A DNA stretch of 64,000 bases from an uncultured Piscirickettsiaceae bacterium (lineage in GTDB: Bacteria > Pseudomonadota > Gammaproteobacteria > GCF-002020875): contig CAYQBY010000004.1 of assembly GCA_964415865.1 (NCBI GenBank), forward strand, positions 4,285-68,284. Direction: 5' to 3'. Positions within the stretch are counted from its first letter, which is position 1. Every line of letters starts with the position of its first letter. Under the pieces are notes generated by a model. It was not told the DNA's origin. It was given only the letters and a program-made list of their open reading frames with translations, and ran no database searches. The translations under genes were made by a program, and so were the position numbers. Shown here piece by piece: positions 19,018 through 30,971 of the stretch.

Positions 19018-19759
19018 TAACGAATTATTGCGATACAGTCGCCAGATTATGCTTCCCCAGGTTGGGACAGAGGGGCAGGAGCGCCTACTCAATGCAAACA
19101 TTCTAATTGTTGGCATGGGTGGACTTGGTGCCCCTGCGGCAATATATCTTGCTGCTGCTGGAGCCGGACATCTGACTCTGGTGGATTTTGATGAGGTTGA
19201 TTTATCCAATCTACAGCGACAGATTGTTCATACCACTGCAGATATCGGGAGACCAAAGGTAGATTCAGCAAAAGAGTCCCTGCTCAAGCTAAACCCGGAA
19301 ATCAGAATCACCACAATCAATAGACGCCTATCTGCCGAGGAGATGGAGGCAGAGATCAGTAAGGTTAATCTAGTAATGGATTGCAGTGATAACTTTACTA
19401 CCAGATTTGCGGTAAATGATGCGTGTGTAAGACAGAAAACCCCTCTGGTCTCTGGTGCAGCAATCCGTATGGAGGGACAGATATCCGTATTCAGGCCAGA
19501 CCAGAAAAACAGGCCATGCTATCGCTGTCTCTACAAAGGAGGAGATGAATTGGATGAAACCTGTACTCAAACTGGTGTACTGGCACCTCTGGTTGGAATT
19601 ATCGGTAGCATGCAGGCACTGGAGGCGATGAAGATCATCATGAATATAGGTGAGACCCTTAATGGCAAGCTGATGTTGCTTGATGCACTCACCATGGAGT
19701 GGCGAACCCTCAAGCTTCCAAAGGATCCGGAGTGTCGCTCATGTAGCGATCGTGACTGA
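19001..19759 (+). CDS. moeB: MoeB/ThiF E1-like adenylyltransferase
   Basis: RYSRQI, GMGGLG, SNLQRQ, CYRC and CRSC zinc motifs. No rhodanese domain. Confidence 0.88.
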   Translation: MALESDNELLRYSRQIMLPQVGTEGQERLLNANILIVGMGGLGAPAAIYLAAAGAGHLTLVDFDEVDLSNLQRQIVHTTADIGRPKVDSAKESLLKLNPEIRITTINRRLSAEEMEAEISKVNLVMDCSDNFTTRFAVNDACVRQKTPLVSGAAIRMEGQISVFRPDQKNRPCYRCLYKGGDELDETCTQTGVLAPLVGIIGSMQALEAMKIIMNIGETLNGKLMLLDALTMEWRTLKLPKDPECRSCSDRD

Positions 19760-19771
19760 GAGGTCGACGCA

Positions 19772-20176
19772 ATGAGTAACCATATTCCAAGACAACTGGC
19801 TGTACAGCTACTTGCAGAGGCACAGAAAAATCCTGAACAGGAGGTCTGCGGACTGATTGGTGGAGTTGGCAATGCTGCATCGAGGATATACCCCATTACC
19901 AACATAGCCTCACACCCAGAATCCCTATTTGAGATGGATCCACAAGAACAGATTGGGGCAACAAGAGAGATCAGAGATAACGGAGAGTCATTATGGGCAA
20001 TCTACCACTCTCACCCCCATGCACCTGCAGCGCCCTCTCACAAGGATCTAACAGACGCTGCCTATCCAGACGCTCTATACCTTGTGATCTCACTAAATAC
20101 TGAGGGTGTTCTGGAGATGCGTGGATACAGAATGCAAACTGGCAACTTCATAGAGGTTGCTCTGGAGACAGTGTAG
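19772..20176 (+). CDS. JAB/MPN (M67) metallopeptidase, Mec-like
   Basis: EVCGLI and the JAMM motif HSHPHAPAAPSHKD. Confidence 0.9.
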   Translation: MSNHIPRQLAVQLLAEAQKNPEQEVCGLIGGVGNAASRIYPITNIASHPESLFEMDPQEQIGATREIRDNGESLWAIYHSHPHAPAAPSHKDLTDAAYPDALYLVISLNTEGVLEMRGYRMQTGNFIEVALETV

Positions 20177-20180
20177 ATCT

Positions 20181-22433
20181 CTACTTGATCCCTGCCAGCA
20201 GCCCTTCCACTCTCTGGAATCCACGCGGCAATTTACTACCCCTACGCCCACGCTCTCCGTAATAATTTTCCAGATCAGATGGCCTCAATTTTAGTGTGCG
20301 CTTCCCTGAGACTACGGTAAGACCGTCGCCCTCACCCAGAACAGCAACACCTGCCACAAACTCCTCTCTACCCTCCACCCTTTTGGATGGAATACCTATC
20401 ATCTTGTTACCCTTGCCCTTGGCCATCTCAGGTAGCTCACTGAACGGGAACAGCAGCAGCCTCCCCTCGTTACTGGCAACTGCCAACCACTGTGCATTCT
20501 CAACAACAGTGACCACCTGCATCGCCTCTGCCCCTTTGGGTGGGCGAAGAAATGCCTTGCCTGCCTTTTTGTTAGAGGAGAGGTCTCCAATAGTTGCAAT
20601 AAAACCGTAACCAGCATCTGAGGCGATCAAGATCTTCTGCTCTACAGCCCCCCCAACAACATCGATAAATCTCTCACCAGATGGCGGAGAGAGGCGTCCG
20701 GTCAACGGCTCTCCCTGACCTCTGGCAGAAGGCAGGGTACTTGCCTGAACGGTGTAACTTCTGCCTGACGAACCAAGAAAGTAGATTGGTTGATTGCTAC
20801 GGCCATTACTGGATGCCAGATAGCCATCTCCACTCTTGTAGTTAAGTGTCTCCGCATCTACATCATGTCCCTTTGCGGCACGTACCCACCCTTTTTCAGA
20901 GAGTACGATTGTCACTGGATCAGAGGGGACAAGACTTGATGGATCGATCGCCTGTGCACTCTCACGCGTCACAATCGGTGAACGTCGCTCATCGCCATAC
21001 TTTTCTGCGTCGGCGGTAATCTCTTTACGAATCATGGTACGCAGGCGACGAGTTGAACCCAGAACCTGTTCAAGCTTCTGACGCTCATCCTCAAGCTCTT
21101 CCTGCTCACCTTTTATCTTTACCTCCTCCAGTTTTGCCAAGTGGCGAAGCTTCAGGTCCAGAATAGCATCAGCCTGAATCTCGCTAATCTTGAAGCGTTT
21201 CATCAATACTGGACGCGGCTTGTCCTCACTGCGAATAATTGCAATCACCTCATCAATATTCAGATAGGCTATCAACAGCCCCTCAAGGATATGGAGCCGT
21301 TGTAGCACCTTCTCCAGACGATGTTCAAGACGGCGACGCACAGTCTGTTCACGAAACTCCAACCACTCCTTCAGCAGTTTGTGGATCCCCTTAACCCCTG
21401 GACGTCCATCAATCCCGATCATGTTGAGATTGACTCTATAGGTGCGCTCAAGATCAGTGGTTGCAAAGAGATGTGACATTAACTGTTCAACATCGACCCG
21501 ATTGGAGCGTGGCACCACAACCAGTCTGGTTGGGTTCTCATGATCTGACTCATCCCGCAGGTCATCAACCATTGGTAACTTCTTGGAGCGCATCTGGGTG
21601 GCAACCTGCTCCAGAATCTTGTTACCCGACACCTGGTGCGGTAGTGCAGTAATCACAATATCACCGCCCTCTTTCTCCCAGACAGCGCGCATACGAATGG
21701 AGCCATGTCCGCTGCGATAGATCTCCTGTATATCCTCCTTGGGTGTAATAATCTCTGCATCAGTTGGATAGTCAGGGCCCTGGATATGCTCCAGCAGATC
21801 ATCAATTGTCGCCTTGCGATTCTCCAACAGACGAATACAGGCTGATGCTACTTCTCGCAGATTATGCGGCGGAATATCTGTTGCCATTCCCACCGCAATA
21901 CCAGAGCCGCCATTCAGCAGAATATTTGGCAGACGTGCAGGCAGTAAAACTGGCTCTTTTAATGTCCCGTCAAAATTGGGTTGCCACTCCACAGTTCCCA
22001 TTCCCAGCTCACCCAGCAACAACTCTGAATAACGGGTCAGGCGTGACTCGGTATAGCGCATGGCCGCAAAGGATTTGGGATCATCCGGAGAACCCCAGTT
22101 GCCCTGCCCATCAATCAATGGATAACGATATGAGAAGTTCTGTGCCATCAACACCATCGCCTCATAGGCTGCAGAGTCACCATGAGGATGGAATTTTCCC
22201 AGTACATCACCAACTGTTCTGGCTGATTTCTTGAATTTAGCTGTGGCAGATAGACCCAGCTCTGACATTGCATATACAATGCGACGCTGTACCGGCTTCA
22301 ATCCATCTCCAACATGAGGCAGTGCCCTGTCAAGAATGACGTACATGGAGTAATCCAGATAAGCCTTCTCGGTAAACTCACTGAGTGGAAGTTGCTCCAC
22401 ACCCTCCATCTCTATATCTATTGTTTCGCTCAT
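20181..22433 (-). CDS. parC: DNA topoisomerase IV subunit A
   Basis: [24 protein letters not shown]. Confidence 0.98.
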   Translation of the reverse strand: MSETIDIEMEGVEQLPLSEFTEKAYLDYSMYVILDRALPHVGDGLKPVQRRIVYAMSELGLSATAKFKKSARTVGDVLGKFHPHGDSAAYEAMVLMAQNFSYRYPLIDGQGNWGSPDDPKSFAAMRYTESRLTRYSELLLGELGMGTVEWQPNFDGTLKEPVLLPARLPNILLNGGSGIAVGMATDIPPHNLREVASACIRLLENRKATIDDLLEHIQGPDYPTDAEIITPKEDIQEIYRSGHGSIRMRAVWEKEGGDIVITALPHQVSGNKILEQVATQMRSKKLPMVDDLRDESDHENPTRLVVVPRSNRVDVEQLMSHLFATTDLERTYRVNLNMIGIDGRPGVKGIHKLLKEWLEFREQTVRRRLEHRLEKVLQRLHILEGLLIAYLNIDEVIAIIRSEDKPRPVLMKRFKISEIQADAILDLKLRHLAKLEEVKIKGEQEELEDERQKLEQVLGSTRRLRTMIRKEITADAEKYGDERRSPIVTRESAQAIDPSSLVPSDPVTIVLSEKGWVRAAKGHDVDAETLNYKSGDGYLASSNGRSNQPIYFLGSSGRSYTVQASTLPSARGQGEPLTGRLSPPSGERFIDVVGGAVEQKILIASDAGYGFIATIGDLSSNKKAGKAFLRPPKGAEAMQVVTVVENAQWLAVASNEGRLLLFPFSELPEMAKGKGNKMIGIPSKRVEGREEFVAGVAVLGEGDGLTVVSGKRTLKLRPSDLENYYGERGRRGSKLPRGFQRVEGLLAGIK

Positions 22434-22469
22434 CTATTCAGTTCCAGAACTATCCATAACTTGCGGCCA

Positions 22470-24356
22470 TTAAATCTCGGCAAGGTCGCCACTCTTCTCT
22501 AGCCAACTCTTGCGGTCCGCGGCACGTTTTTTTGCCAGCAACATATCCATCATGCTGTTGCTATCATCTCCCGGCTCAATAGTCAGCTGCACCAATCTCC
22601 TGGTCTCTGTCGCCATTGTAGTCTCCCTCAACTGCAGAGGATTCATCTCTCCCAACCCCTTGAAGCGCTGAACATTTACCTTGCCACGTTTTTTTTCAGC
22701 AGTAATACGGTCCAGAACGCCCTCTTTTTCTGCATCATCCAGTGCATAGTAGACCTCTTTCCCTACATCAATACGATAAAGAGGAGGCATCGCCACATAG
22801 ACGTGTCCCTCTGCCACCAGCTTGGGAAAGTGGCGTAGAAAGAGGGCGCAGAGCAGAGTCGCAATATGGAGACCATCAGAGTCCGCATCTGCCAGAATAC
22901 ATATCTTGCCATACCTCAGGCCGGTCAAATCACTACTGCCAGGATCCATGCCGAGTGCGACAGAGATATCATGCACCTCTTGTGAGGCCAGCACATCTAC
23001 CGGGTCTACCTCCCAGGTATTAAGAATTTTTCCCCGCAACGGCATAATTGCCTGGAATTCACGATCTCGTGCCTGCTTTGCAGAACCACCCGCTGAATCT
23101 CCCTCCACCAGAAACAGCTCCCCACGCAGAGGATCATCTGTCGAACAGTCTGCAAGCTTGCCTGGCAGAGCTGGTCCGCTGGTTATTTTTTTACGTGCCA
23201 CCTTTTTGCGGGTTCGCATCCGGTTTTGGGCACTATTAATTGCCAGTTCAGCAATTTGTTCACCGATTGCAGGGTGTTGATTAAGCCAGAGGCTGAATGA
23301 GTCTTTGATTACACCAGAGACAAAGGTTGCTACCTCACGTGACGAGAGACGCTCCTTGATCTGTCCGGCAAACTGTGGATCCTGCATCTTTACCGAGAGG
23401 ATATAACTCACCTTCTCCCAGACGTCCTCGGGGGTCAGTTTTACCCCACGCGGCAGCATATTTCTAAACTCACAGAACTCTCGTACCGCCTCTGTCAGCC
23501 CAGCTCGCAACCCATTTACATGCGTACCTCCTTGTGAGGTCGGCACCAGATTTACATAGCTCTCATTGACCGATTCGCCTCCTTCAGAGAGCCAGAGTAC
23601 AGCCCAGTCCACCCCTTCACGCTCACTACTGCTTGACCCCATAAAAGGCTCATCTTCTGGTAGTGTCGGCAAGTCTCCTATCTGCCCCAACAGGTATTGC
23701 TTAAGGCCATCCTGGTACTCCCACTCCTCTTTCTCACCAGACACCTCATCCAGCAGAGACATTTTTAATCCAGGCTGGAGAACGGCCTTGGCACGCATCA
23801 AGTGACGCAGTTTAGGCAGGGAAATTTTTGGTGAGTCAAAAAACTGGGGATCTGCCCAGAAACGCAGGGTGGTACCGGTATTACGTTTACCGACTGAGCC
23901 AACTTCCTCAAGATCACTCTTTTTCTCTCCGTTTGCGAAAGCCATATTCATCTCTCGCCCTTCACGACGCACCCAGATTTCGAGATTTTTGGAGAGCGCA
24001 TTAACTACAGAGACACCAACCCCATGCAACCCACCTGAGAATTGGTAATTTTTACCAGAGAATTTCCCACCGGCATGCAGACGAGTCAGGATAACCTCAA
24101 TTCCAGGCACACCCTCTTCCGGATGAATATCGGTTGGCATGCCGCGTCCGTTATCCTCAACCGTGGCTGAACCATCCTTGTGGATGGTGACCTTTATATG
24201 GTCAGCATGGCCAGCTATGGCCTCATCAACACTATTGTCCAGAACCTCCTGAACCAGATGGTTCGGACGGGTCGTGTCGGTGTACATTCCTGGACGTTTT
24301 CGCACCGGATCCAGACCGGAAAGAACCTCGATTGCCGAGGCATCATAATTGGACAT
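22470..24356 (-). CDS. parE: DNA topoisomerase IV subunit B
   Basis: VRKRPGMY, LHAGGKF, EGDSAGGSAKQARDR, PLRGKILN. Confidence 0.98.
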   Translation of the reverse strand: MSNYDASAIEVLSGLDPVRKRPGMYTDTTRPNHLVQEVLDNSVDEAIAGHADHIKVTIHKDGSATVEDNGRGMPTDIHPEEGVPGIEVILTRLHAGGKFSGKNYQFSGGLHGVGVSVVNALSKNLEIWVRREGREMNMAFANGEKKSDLEEVGSVGKRNTGTTLRFWADPQFFDSPKISLPKLRHLMRAKAVLQPGLKMSLLDEVSGEKEEWEYQDGLKQYLLGQIGDLPTLPEDEPFMGSSSSEREGVDWAVLWLSEGGESVNESYVNLVPTSQGGTHVNGLRAGLTEAVREFCEFRNMLPRGVKLTPEDVWEKVSYILSVKMQDPQFAGQIKERLSSREVATFVSGVIKDSFSLWLNQHPAIGEQIAELAINSAQNRMRTRKKVARKKITSGPALPGKLADCSTDDPLRGELFLVEGDSAGGSAKQARDREFQAIMPLRGKILNTWEVDPVDVLASQEVHDISVALGMDPGSSDLTGLRYGKICILADADSDGLHIATLLCALFLRHFPKLVAEGHVYVAMPPLYRIDVGKEVYYALDDAEKEGVLDRITAEKKRGKVNVQRFKGLGEMNPLQLRETTMATETRRLVQLTIEPGDDSNSMMDMLLAKKRAADRKSWLEKSGDLAEI

Positions 24357-24370
24357 AACTACTCAGTTGG

Positions 24371-24880
24371 TTAACGGTTGTATTTAATCTTATCAATAAC
24401 AGCATCTACAGGTCGCGGACGATTTCCCTGTTCACATATAATCCCTCGCAACAGGGCTTTGCGAAAGAAATCATAGCCACGTACCGGCTCCCATGCCGCC
24501 CCACTGTTTTCTGTAAAGGTGCCATTGATACCAAAGGCATAATTTTTGTATTCCATGGTTTGACAACGAATCCCGTCATAAAAAACATTGGTGGCTCCGC
24601 TTCTGGTCCTGATTACTGCAGAGTATCGGATCACATAATCATCCGCAATGGAGAGTGAGTTAGTATCCAGAAAATAGCGGTGGTTTGAGGATGGATTATC
24701 CACCTGGAACTCCAGCAAATTATCCTCTTGCGGATAGTCCGGAATAGATATCTCAGACTCCTTCCACTCAGGCCCCTCCTCATAATATGTACCCCCAGAC
24801 CCACCATCCCACCAGTTGGCATCGGCAACCGATGGAAGGGTAAAAATGAGAATTAAAAATGTTACAATGGTCGACCTCAT
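24371..24880 (-). CDS. CNP1-like family exported protein
   Basis: Signal peptide; [29 protein letters not shown]...YKNYAFG pattern. Confidence 0.7.
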   Translation of the reverse strand: MRSTIVTFLILIFTLPSVADANWWDGGSGGTYYEEGPEWKESEISIPDYPQEDNLLEFQVDNPSSNHRYFLDTNSLSIADDYVIRYSAVIRTRSGATNVFYDGIRCQTMEYKNYAFGINGTFTENSGAAWEPVRGYDFFRKALLRGIICEQGNRPRPVDAVIDKIKYNR

Positions 24881-24935
24881 AGAGACACATTATCCACCGA
24901 ATCAGGGCAGAACCAACCCCCTCAACAGAAAAAAT

Positions 24936-25169
24936 ATGGCCGCAAAAAAGAAAAAAAGTGATACGCCTTTCGATTTTGAGAAGAGCCTTTCCGATCTGGA
25001 ACAGCTGGTTGCGGATATGGAGAGTGGAGATCTTTCACTGGAAGAGTCGCTTAAGAAATTTGAAAATGGCATACAACTTATACGTAACTGTCAGGGAGCA
25101 CTGAATGAGGCTGAACAGAAGGTTGAGATCCTGACCAAGGAGGGGTTAAAACCGTTCGAATCCTCATGA
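24936..25169 (+). CDS. xseB: Exodeoxyribonuclease VII small subunit
   Basis: [28 protein letters not shown]; real start MAAKKK at 24936. Confidence 0.96.
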   Translation: MAAKKKKSDTPFDFEKSLSDLEQLVADMESGDLSLEESLKKFENGIQLIRNCQGALNEAEQKVEILTKEGLKPFESS

Positions 25170-26029
25170 GCAACTCATTCGGTGCGTGGCAGCAACGTGT
25201 AGAGGATGCTCTCAACCAGTTCATCCCTGCCACAACCACACCTCCTGTCAGACTACACAAGGCAATCCACTACACTGTTTTCAGTGGTGGCAAGCGGGTA
25301 CGTCCCATTCTTGTCTATGCCACTGGAGAGCTGTTTGGTACATCTGCTGAACAACTGGATTATGCAGCTGCTGCAGTTGAACTTATCCATACTTACTCTC
25401 TGGTCCACGATGATTTGCCTGCAATGGATGATGATGACCTGCGCAGAGGAGAGCCAACCTGCCACCGTGCCTTTGACGAGGCTACTGCAATTCTGGTTGG
25501 AGATGCCTTACAAACATTGGCCTTTCAGACCATTGCCAACTCCACTCTATCTAGTGATATCCGCCTCAACTGGATCAATCTGCTCACGACTGCCAGCGGC
25601 TCGGAGGGTATGGTTGGAGGACAGATGATTGATCTGGAGACAGTCACTGAGAGCGCCGAATTAACCACTATGCATCTGATGAAGACTGGGGCATTGATAC
25701 GGGCAAGCATCCTGATGGGGGCAGCTCCCGGTGACCCAGACCAAACCACCATAAACAGGCTTGAGCGCTATGCGGACTCAATCGGTCTCGCCTTTCAGGT
25801 ACGTGATGACATTCTTGATATTGAGGGCTCAAGTGATGTTATCGGCAAACCACAAGGCTCTGATGTTGAACAGAAGAAGAGTACTTTTGTATCCCTGTTT
25901 GGTATGGATGGGGCAAAAAAGCAACTTCAACAACTGCATCAACAAACAATGGATGAACTCTCATCATTTGATAATCAAGCAGACAGCCTGAGAGAGGTTG
26001 CCAACTTTATTATTCAGAGGGATCATTAG
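25166..26029 (+). CDS. ispA: Farnesyl diphosphate synthase
   Basis: [31 protein letters not shown]. Confidence 0.96.
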   Translation: MSNSFGAWQQRVEDALNQFIPATTTPPVRLHKAIHYTVFSGGKRVRPILVYATGELFGTSAEQLDYAAAAVELIHTYSLVHDDLPAMDDDDLRRGEPTCHRAFDEATAILVGDALQTLAFQTIANSTLSSDIRLNWINLLTTASGSEGMVGGQMIDLETVTESAELTTMHLMKTGALIRASILMGAAPGDPDQTTINRLERYADSIGLAFQVRDDILDIEGSSDVIGKPQGSDVEQKKSTFVSLFGMDGAKKQLQQLHQQTMDELSSFDNQADSLREVANFIIQRDH

Positions 26030-26035
26030 TTGATT

Positions 26036-27901
26036 ATGAGCTCCTCTACACCATCAACCCCATTACTGGATCAAACTACAAATCCTGAGGGGTTGCGCCA
26101 ACTCGATCCCGGACAACTTCCTGATCTTGCTAAAGAGATTCGCAGCTTCATGATTAATTCTGTTGAGAAGACAGGTGGGCACCTGGCATCCAGTCTGGGA
26201 GTTGTTGAGCTGACGATAGCACTACATTATATCTACAACACTCCTGATGATCGCCTGGTTTGGGATGTTGGTCATCAAAGCTACCCGCATAAAATAGTTA
26301 CAGGGCGACGCAGTGAGATGGATACCCTGCGGCAACAGGGAGGGTTGTCCGGTTTTACCAAACGTGGGGAGAGTCCATATGACCCTTTTGGTACCGGACA
26401 CTCCAGTACATCCATCAGTGCAGCTCTAGGGATGGCTATTGCAGCCAAGCAGGCTGGTGAAGATAGGCAGACCATTGCCGTGATTGGTGATGGTGCACTC
26501 ACCGGAGGCATGGCATTTGAGGCACTGAACCACGCAGGTGATGAAAATGCCAATCTGCTGGTTGTACTCAATGATAATGACATGTCGATCTCGGAAAATG
26601 TTGGAGGACTTTCCCGCTACCTTGGTAGAGTTTTGACCAGTTCCACCTACAGCCATATGCGTGAAACCAGCCGCAAGGTGCTAAGCAAACTGCCGGGCGC
26701 CTGGGATTTGGCCAGACGTACTGAGGAGCATGTTAAGGGGATGGTTGTCCCTGGAACACTGTTTGAGGAGTTGGGGTTCAACTATGTTGGTCCGGTAGAT
26801 GGGCATGATATTAATGCCTTGATACGTGCACTGCGCACCCTGCATAAACTCAAGGGGCCAAGATTCCTTCATATCATTACCCAGAAGGGACGAGGCCACA
26901 TCCCTGCTGAACGAGACCCACTTAAATACCATGGAATTGGACGCGTTGAACCTGCCACTCAGAAGAACAGCGGGAAAACAGCGCAGAATGTCACATATAC
27001 ATCTGTTTTTGGTGATTGGCTCTGTAACGCTGTGGAAAAAAATCCGGAACTGATTGCCATAACCCCTGCCATGATGTGCGGCTCTGGCATGGTTCATTTT
27101 GCCGAAAAATATCCCAACCATTTCATTGATGTTGGTATTGCAGAGCAACATGCTGTTACTCTGGCTGCCGGCCTGGCAACAGAGAACCGGCACCCAATTG
27201 TTGCGATCTACTCCACCTTTTTACAACGTGCTTATGATCAGCTAATCCATGATGTTGCCCTGCAGAACCTTCCGGTTCTATTTGCAATTGATCGGGCTGG
27301 TCTGGTTGGTGCCGACGGCCCAACCCATGCTGGTGCGTTTGATATCAGTTTCCTTAGGGCCATACCAAATCTACTGATCATGACTCCCTCAAATGGCGAG
27401 GAGTGTCAGAGAATGCTCTCAACCGGACTCCAACACCATGGACCTGCCGCAGTACGCTACCCCCGTGCCTCAATACCGGACCAGCCTGAAAACAGTCATC
27501 CTGTGACAGTTGGCAAAGGAGAGAGGCGACGTCAGGGAAGTGAGATTGCCATACTGGTGTTTGGTACTCTGCTGGAACAGGTAATGGAGGCTGCCGAACA
27601 GATAGATGCAACTGTAGTTGATATGCGCTTTGTGGCTCCACTTGACCAATCTCTTATTATTCAGATGTGCGAAGAGCATGAGATGATCGTGACCGTAGAG
27701 GAAAATGTAACCGCTGGAGGTGCTGGAAGTGGTGTAAGTGAGTTCATGCTTACACAAAACATCTCTATGCCGCTGCTAATGATTGGATTACCCAATAAAT
27801 TTGTTATGCAGGGTGAGAGGGATGCTCTTCTGGAGCAATATGGTCTCTCCAGCCATGGTATACTTGACTCGATTAGTAGGTTTCAACAAAAAAAATCCTG
27901 A
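26036..27901 (+). CDS. dxs: 1-deoxy-D-xylulose-5-phosphate synthase
   Basis: GGHL, WDVGHQ, GDGALTGG, IAEQHAV, DRAGLVG. Confidence 0.98.
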   Translation: MSSSTPSTPLLDQTTNPEGLRQLDPGQLPDLAKEIRSFMINSVEKTGGHLASSLGVVELTIALHYIYNTPDDRLVWDVGHQSYPHKIVTGRRSEMDTLRQQGGLSGFTKRGESPYDPFGTGHSSTSISAALGMAIAAKQAGEDRQTIAVIGDGALTGGMAFEALNHAGDENANLLVVLNDNDMSISENVGGLSRYLGRVLTSSTYSHMRETSRKVLSKLPGAWDLARRTEEHVKGMVVPGTLFEELGFNYVGPVDGHDINALIRALRTLHKLKGPRFLHIITQKGRGHIPAERDPLKYHGIGRVEPATQKNSGKTAQNVTYTSVFGDWLCNAVEKNPELIAITPAMMCGSGMVHFAEKYPNHFIDVGIAEQHAVTLAAGLATENRHPIVAIYSTFLQRAYDQLIHDVALQNLPVLFAIDRAGLVGADGPTHAGAFDISFLRAIPNLLIMTPSNGEECQRMLSTGLQHHGPAAVRYPRASIPDQPENSHPVTVGKGERRRQGSEIAILVFGTLLEQVMEAAEQIDATVVDMRFVAPLDQSLIIQMCEEHEMIVTVEENVTAGGAGSGVSEFMLTQNISMPLLMIGLPNKFVMQGERDALLEQYGLSSHGILDSISRFQQKKS

Positions 27902-27931
27902 AATAAGCACCCTGATCCACTCATATCACTC

Positions 27932-28318
27932 ATGTCTGGCCGATTTATATTACAAGTTGTCAGTGACTTTTCCGCTGCCCACAGTCTTCGCGAATATCCT
28001 GGAGATTGCCAGCGCTTGCATGGACATAACTGGAAAGTTGAGGTGGAGGTTGCCGCTACAGAGCTGGATGAACTGGGGATGGTGGTTGATTTTAAAAAAA
28101 TAAAACAAGCGACTAAAGAGGCTACTGACAGACTGGATCATCAATATCTGAATGAGCTGGATCCGTTCGATAAACTCAACCCCACTGCCGAGAATATAGC
28201 CCGGACACTCTTCAATGAGATTTCCGAGTCCATTAACCATAAACAAGTAGAGGTTGAGTCTGTTACAGTCTGGGAAACTGAACGGGCATCAGCACGTTAT
28301 AGCAAAACAGAAAAGTGA
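27932..28318 (+). CDS. queD: 6-carboxy-5,6,7,8-tetrahydropterin synthase
   Basis: FSAAH, CxxxHGH motif (CQRLHGHNW), LDHQYLN, PTAENIA. Confidence 0.93.
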   Translation: MSGRFILQVVSDFSAAHSLREYPGDCQRLHGHNWKVEVEVAATELDELGMVVDFKKIKQATKEATDRLDHQYLNELDPFDKLNPTAENIARTLFNEISESINHKQVEVESVTVWETERASARYSKTEK

Positions 28319-28327
28319 GAAATTCTT

Positions 28328-29113
28328 ATGAGCAGTAACAATATGGCGGATGTACAGGGTAGTAGAGATACCCGCCAGATCCCAATTGATAAAGTTGGTA
28401 TCAAGGATATTCGCCATCCCGTTGTCATCAAGGATCGTACTGGAAAAGAGCAACATACCGTTGCTACTTTCAACATGTATGTCAGTCTTCCTCAACACTT
28501 CAAAGGGACTCATATGTCCCGTTTTGTACGCATTCTCAATCAACATGACTTTGAGATTACTGTAGATACATTCAAAACCATGCTAGGTGAGATGGTGGAA
28601 ATTCTTGAGGCTGAATCTGGCCATATTGAGATGTCATTTCCTTTCTTCGTCAACAAGAAGGCACCCGTTAGTGGTATAGAGAGCCTGATTGATTATGAGG
28701 TGACATTTATTGGTGAGATCAGTAGCGGCAAGCCATCCATGAACGTCAAGGTTCTGGTTCCGGCAACCAGTCTCTGCCCTTGCTCCAAGGAGATATCCGA
28801 ATATGGTGCACATAACCAGCGCTCTCATATTACGGTCAACGCAAAACCAGCCGGCTTCCTCTGGATTGAGGACATTATTGATATCGTAGAGCAGGAGGCA
28901 TCATGCGAGCTATTTGGCCTACTCAAGCGTCCTGACGAGAAATATGTGACTGAACGTGCTTACGATAATCCAAAATTTGTCGAGGACCTGGTACGTGATG
29001 TTGCCAATCGACTAAATGATGATGAACGAATCCTCTCCTACATACTTGAGGCTGAGAATTTTGAGTCCATCCATAACCACTCAGCATATGCAATGATCGA
29101 GAAGATCAAATAA
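28328..29113 (+). CDS. folE2: GTP cyclohydrolase IB
   Basis: [38 protein letters not shown]. Confidence 0.97.
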   Translation: MSSNNMADVQGSRDTRQIPIDKVGIKDIRHPVVIKDRTGKEQHTVATFNMYVSLPQHFKGTHMSRFVRILNQHDFEITVDTFKTMLGEMVEILEAESGHIEMSFPFFVNKKAPVSGIESLIDYEVTFIGEISSGKPSMNVKVLVPATSLCPCSKEISEYGAHNQRSHITVNAKPAGFLWIEDIIDIVEQEASCELFGLLKRPDEKYVTERAYDNPKFVEDLVRDVANRLNDDERILSYILEAENFESIHNHSAYAMIEKIK

Positions 29114-29155
29114 CGCATAGCCACAAAAATATATAATGCTGTAACTCATAACGCT

Positions 29156-30943
29156 GTGATTCATTACACAGTATCTATAGCAGACGCCAATGCACACCAC
29201 TTTGATGTGGTCTGTACGATTGAAAATCCATCTTCATCTGGACAGAGCGTTTCTCTCCCCGCATGGATTCCTGGAAGTTACATGATCAGGGATTTTGCCA
29301 AAAATATCCTCTGGATCAGGGCATCCTCAGGTGGTGTAGATATCACTATCGAGAAGATAGATAAGCAGACCTGGATGTGTGGTCCATGTAATGATCCACT
29401 AGAGATCAGCTATCGCATATATGCATGGGATCTATCGGTGCGCACCGCACACCTGGACGGCACTCATGGTTTCTTTAATGGCACCAGCATGTTCTTGGCT
29501 GTGCAAGGACAAACAGATAGCACTCATCAGGTTGAGTTACTACCACCAGCAACTTGTCCGGAATGGAAGGTTGCAACAACACTGCCTGCAGAAAAAACCG
29601 ATGATTCAGGATGGGGCAGTTATGAGTGCAATAGCTATGATAAGCTGATTGACCATCCTGTTGAGATGGGAACATATACCAGCATGAGCTTTGAGGTATG
29701 CGGAGTACCACATGCAATCATCCTCACTGGAAAACATAATGCTGATCTGGATCGGCTGGCAATAGATCTCACCCGTATATGCGAACACCAGGTTCAACTC
29801 TTTGGTGATCCCGCCCCTCCTGTAGAGCACTATCTTTTTCTGACCATGGTGGTTGGTACCGGATATGGCGGGCTCGAACACCGTGACTCATGCGCCCTGC
29901 TATGCAGCCGTGAGGACCTGCCTCACAAGGGAGAAGAGAGGGTTACTGATGGATATCGTAAATTCCTTGGTCTCTGCAGCCATGAATACTTCCATCTGTG
30001 GAATATCAAAAGAATTCGTCCCCAGCAGTTCTCCCCCTACAAGCTTGATGTGGAATCATATACCAGCCAACTCTGGGCATTTGAGGGGATCACCTCATAC
30101 TTTGATGACCTAACACTGGTACAGAGTGGAATTATCGATAGAGAGAGCTATCTTGAGCTGCTTGGAGAGACACTAACCAGACTGCAGCGCAACCATGGCA
30201 AGGATATTCAATCTGTAACCGATTCAAGTCTTGATGCGTGGACAAAGTTCTATCAACAAGATGAGAATGCCAACAATGCAATTGTCAGTTACTACACAAA
30301 AGGGGCTGTCATTGCCCTGATGATTGATCTCTGGATCAGAAACAGGAGTAACCACCAAAAATCACTGGTCGAGGTGATGAGAAAACTCTGGAATGAGTAT
30401 GGTAGCAGTGAAAATGGGGTCCCAGAGGGGGGTATTGAGGAGATCTGCCATGAAATTGCTGGTGACAACATACCCTGGCTACATGATGCTCTCTACTCTA
30501 CGGGAGCGCTGGAGATAAAGCCAATGCTTGGCAACTTTGGTATAAACATGACCCTGCGCCCCACTACATCCTCTGGTGATACCGGAGGAACCAGAAAAAA
30601 GAGGCTCCCAACCTGCTGGATAGGGGCAGAATTGAAGATTGACAAAGGTGGAGCAAAGGTTATCCGTATTGCAGATGGCGGACCCTTGCAACAGGCCGGG
30701 ATTGCTGCAGGTGACCTGATCATTGCCATAGATCAATTACAGGCAAATGAAAAACAGGTAAAAAGTACTCTCTATCACAGAGAGCCAGGCGACCAAGTAA
30801 AAGTTCACCTGTTCCGCAGGGATGAATTAATGAGTCTCTGCATCACACTGGCAACTCCTCCCAAGGATACAGTTGTGCTGGATAGAGTTAATAAAATTGA
30901 TGCTGAACAGGAGTTGGCTCAGCAGCGATGGCTAAAACCCTAA
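29156..30943 (+). CDS. M61 glycyl aminopeptidase with C-terminal PDZ domain
   Basis: PAWIPGSY, GGLEH, SHEYFHLWN, EGITSY, YYTKG. Confidence 0.93.
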   Translation: MIHYTVSIADANAHHFDVVCTIENPSSSGQSVSLPAWIPGSYMIRDFAKNILWIRASSGGVDITIEKIDKQTWMCGPCNDPLEISYRIYAWDLSVRTAHLDGTHGFFNGTSMFLAVQGQTDSTHQVELLPPATCPEWKVATTLPAEKTDDSGWGSYECNSYDKLIDHPVEMGTYTSMSFEVCGVPHAIILTGKHNADLDRLAIDLTRICEHQVQLFGDPAPPVEHYLFLTMVVGTGYGGLEHRDSCALLCSREDLPHKGEERVTDGYRKFLGLCSHEYFHLWNIKRIRPQQFSPYKLDVESYTSQLWAFEGITSYFDDLTLVQSGIIDRESYLELLGETLTRLQRNHGKDIQSVTDSSLDAWTKFYQQDENANNAIVSYYTKGAVIALMIDLWIRNRSNHQKSLVEVMRKLWNEYGSSENGVPEGGIEEICHEIAGDNIPWLHDALYSTGALEIKPMLGNFGINMTLRPTTSSGDTGGTRKKRLPTCWIGAELKIDKGGAKVIRIADGGPLQQAGIAAGDLIIAIDQLQANEKQVKSTLYHREPGDQVKVHLFRRDELMSLCITLATPPKDTVVLDRVNKIDAEQELAQQRWLKP

Positions 30944-30971
30944 ACAACGTGGCAGCTGAAATAGATAAAAG

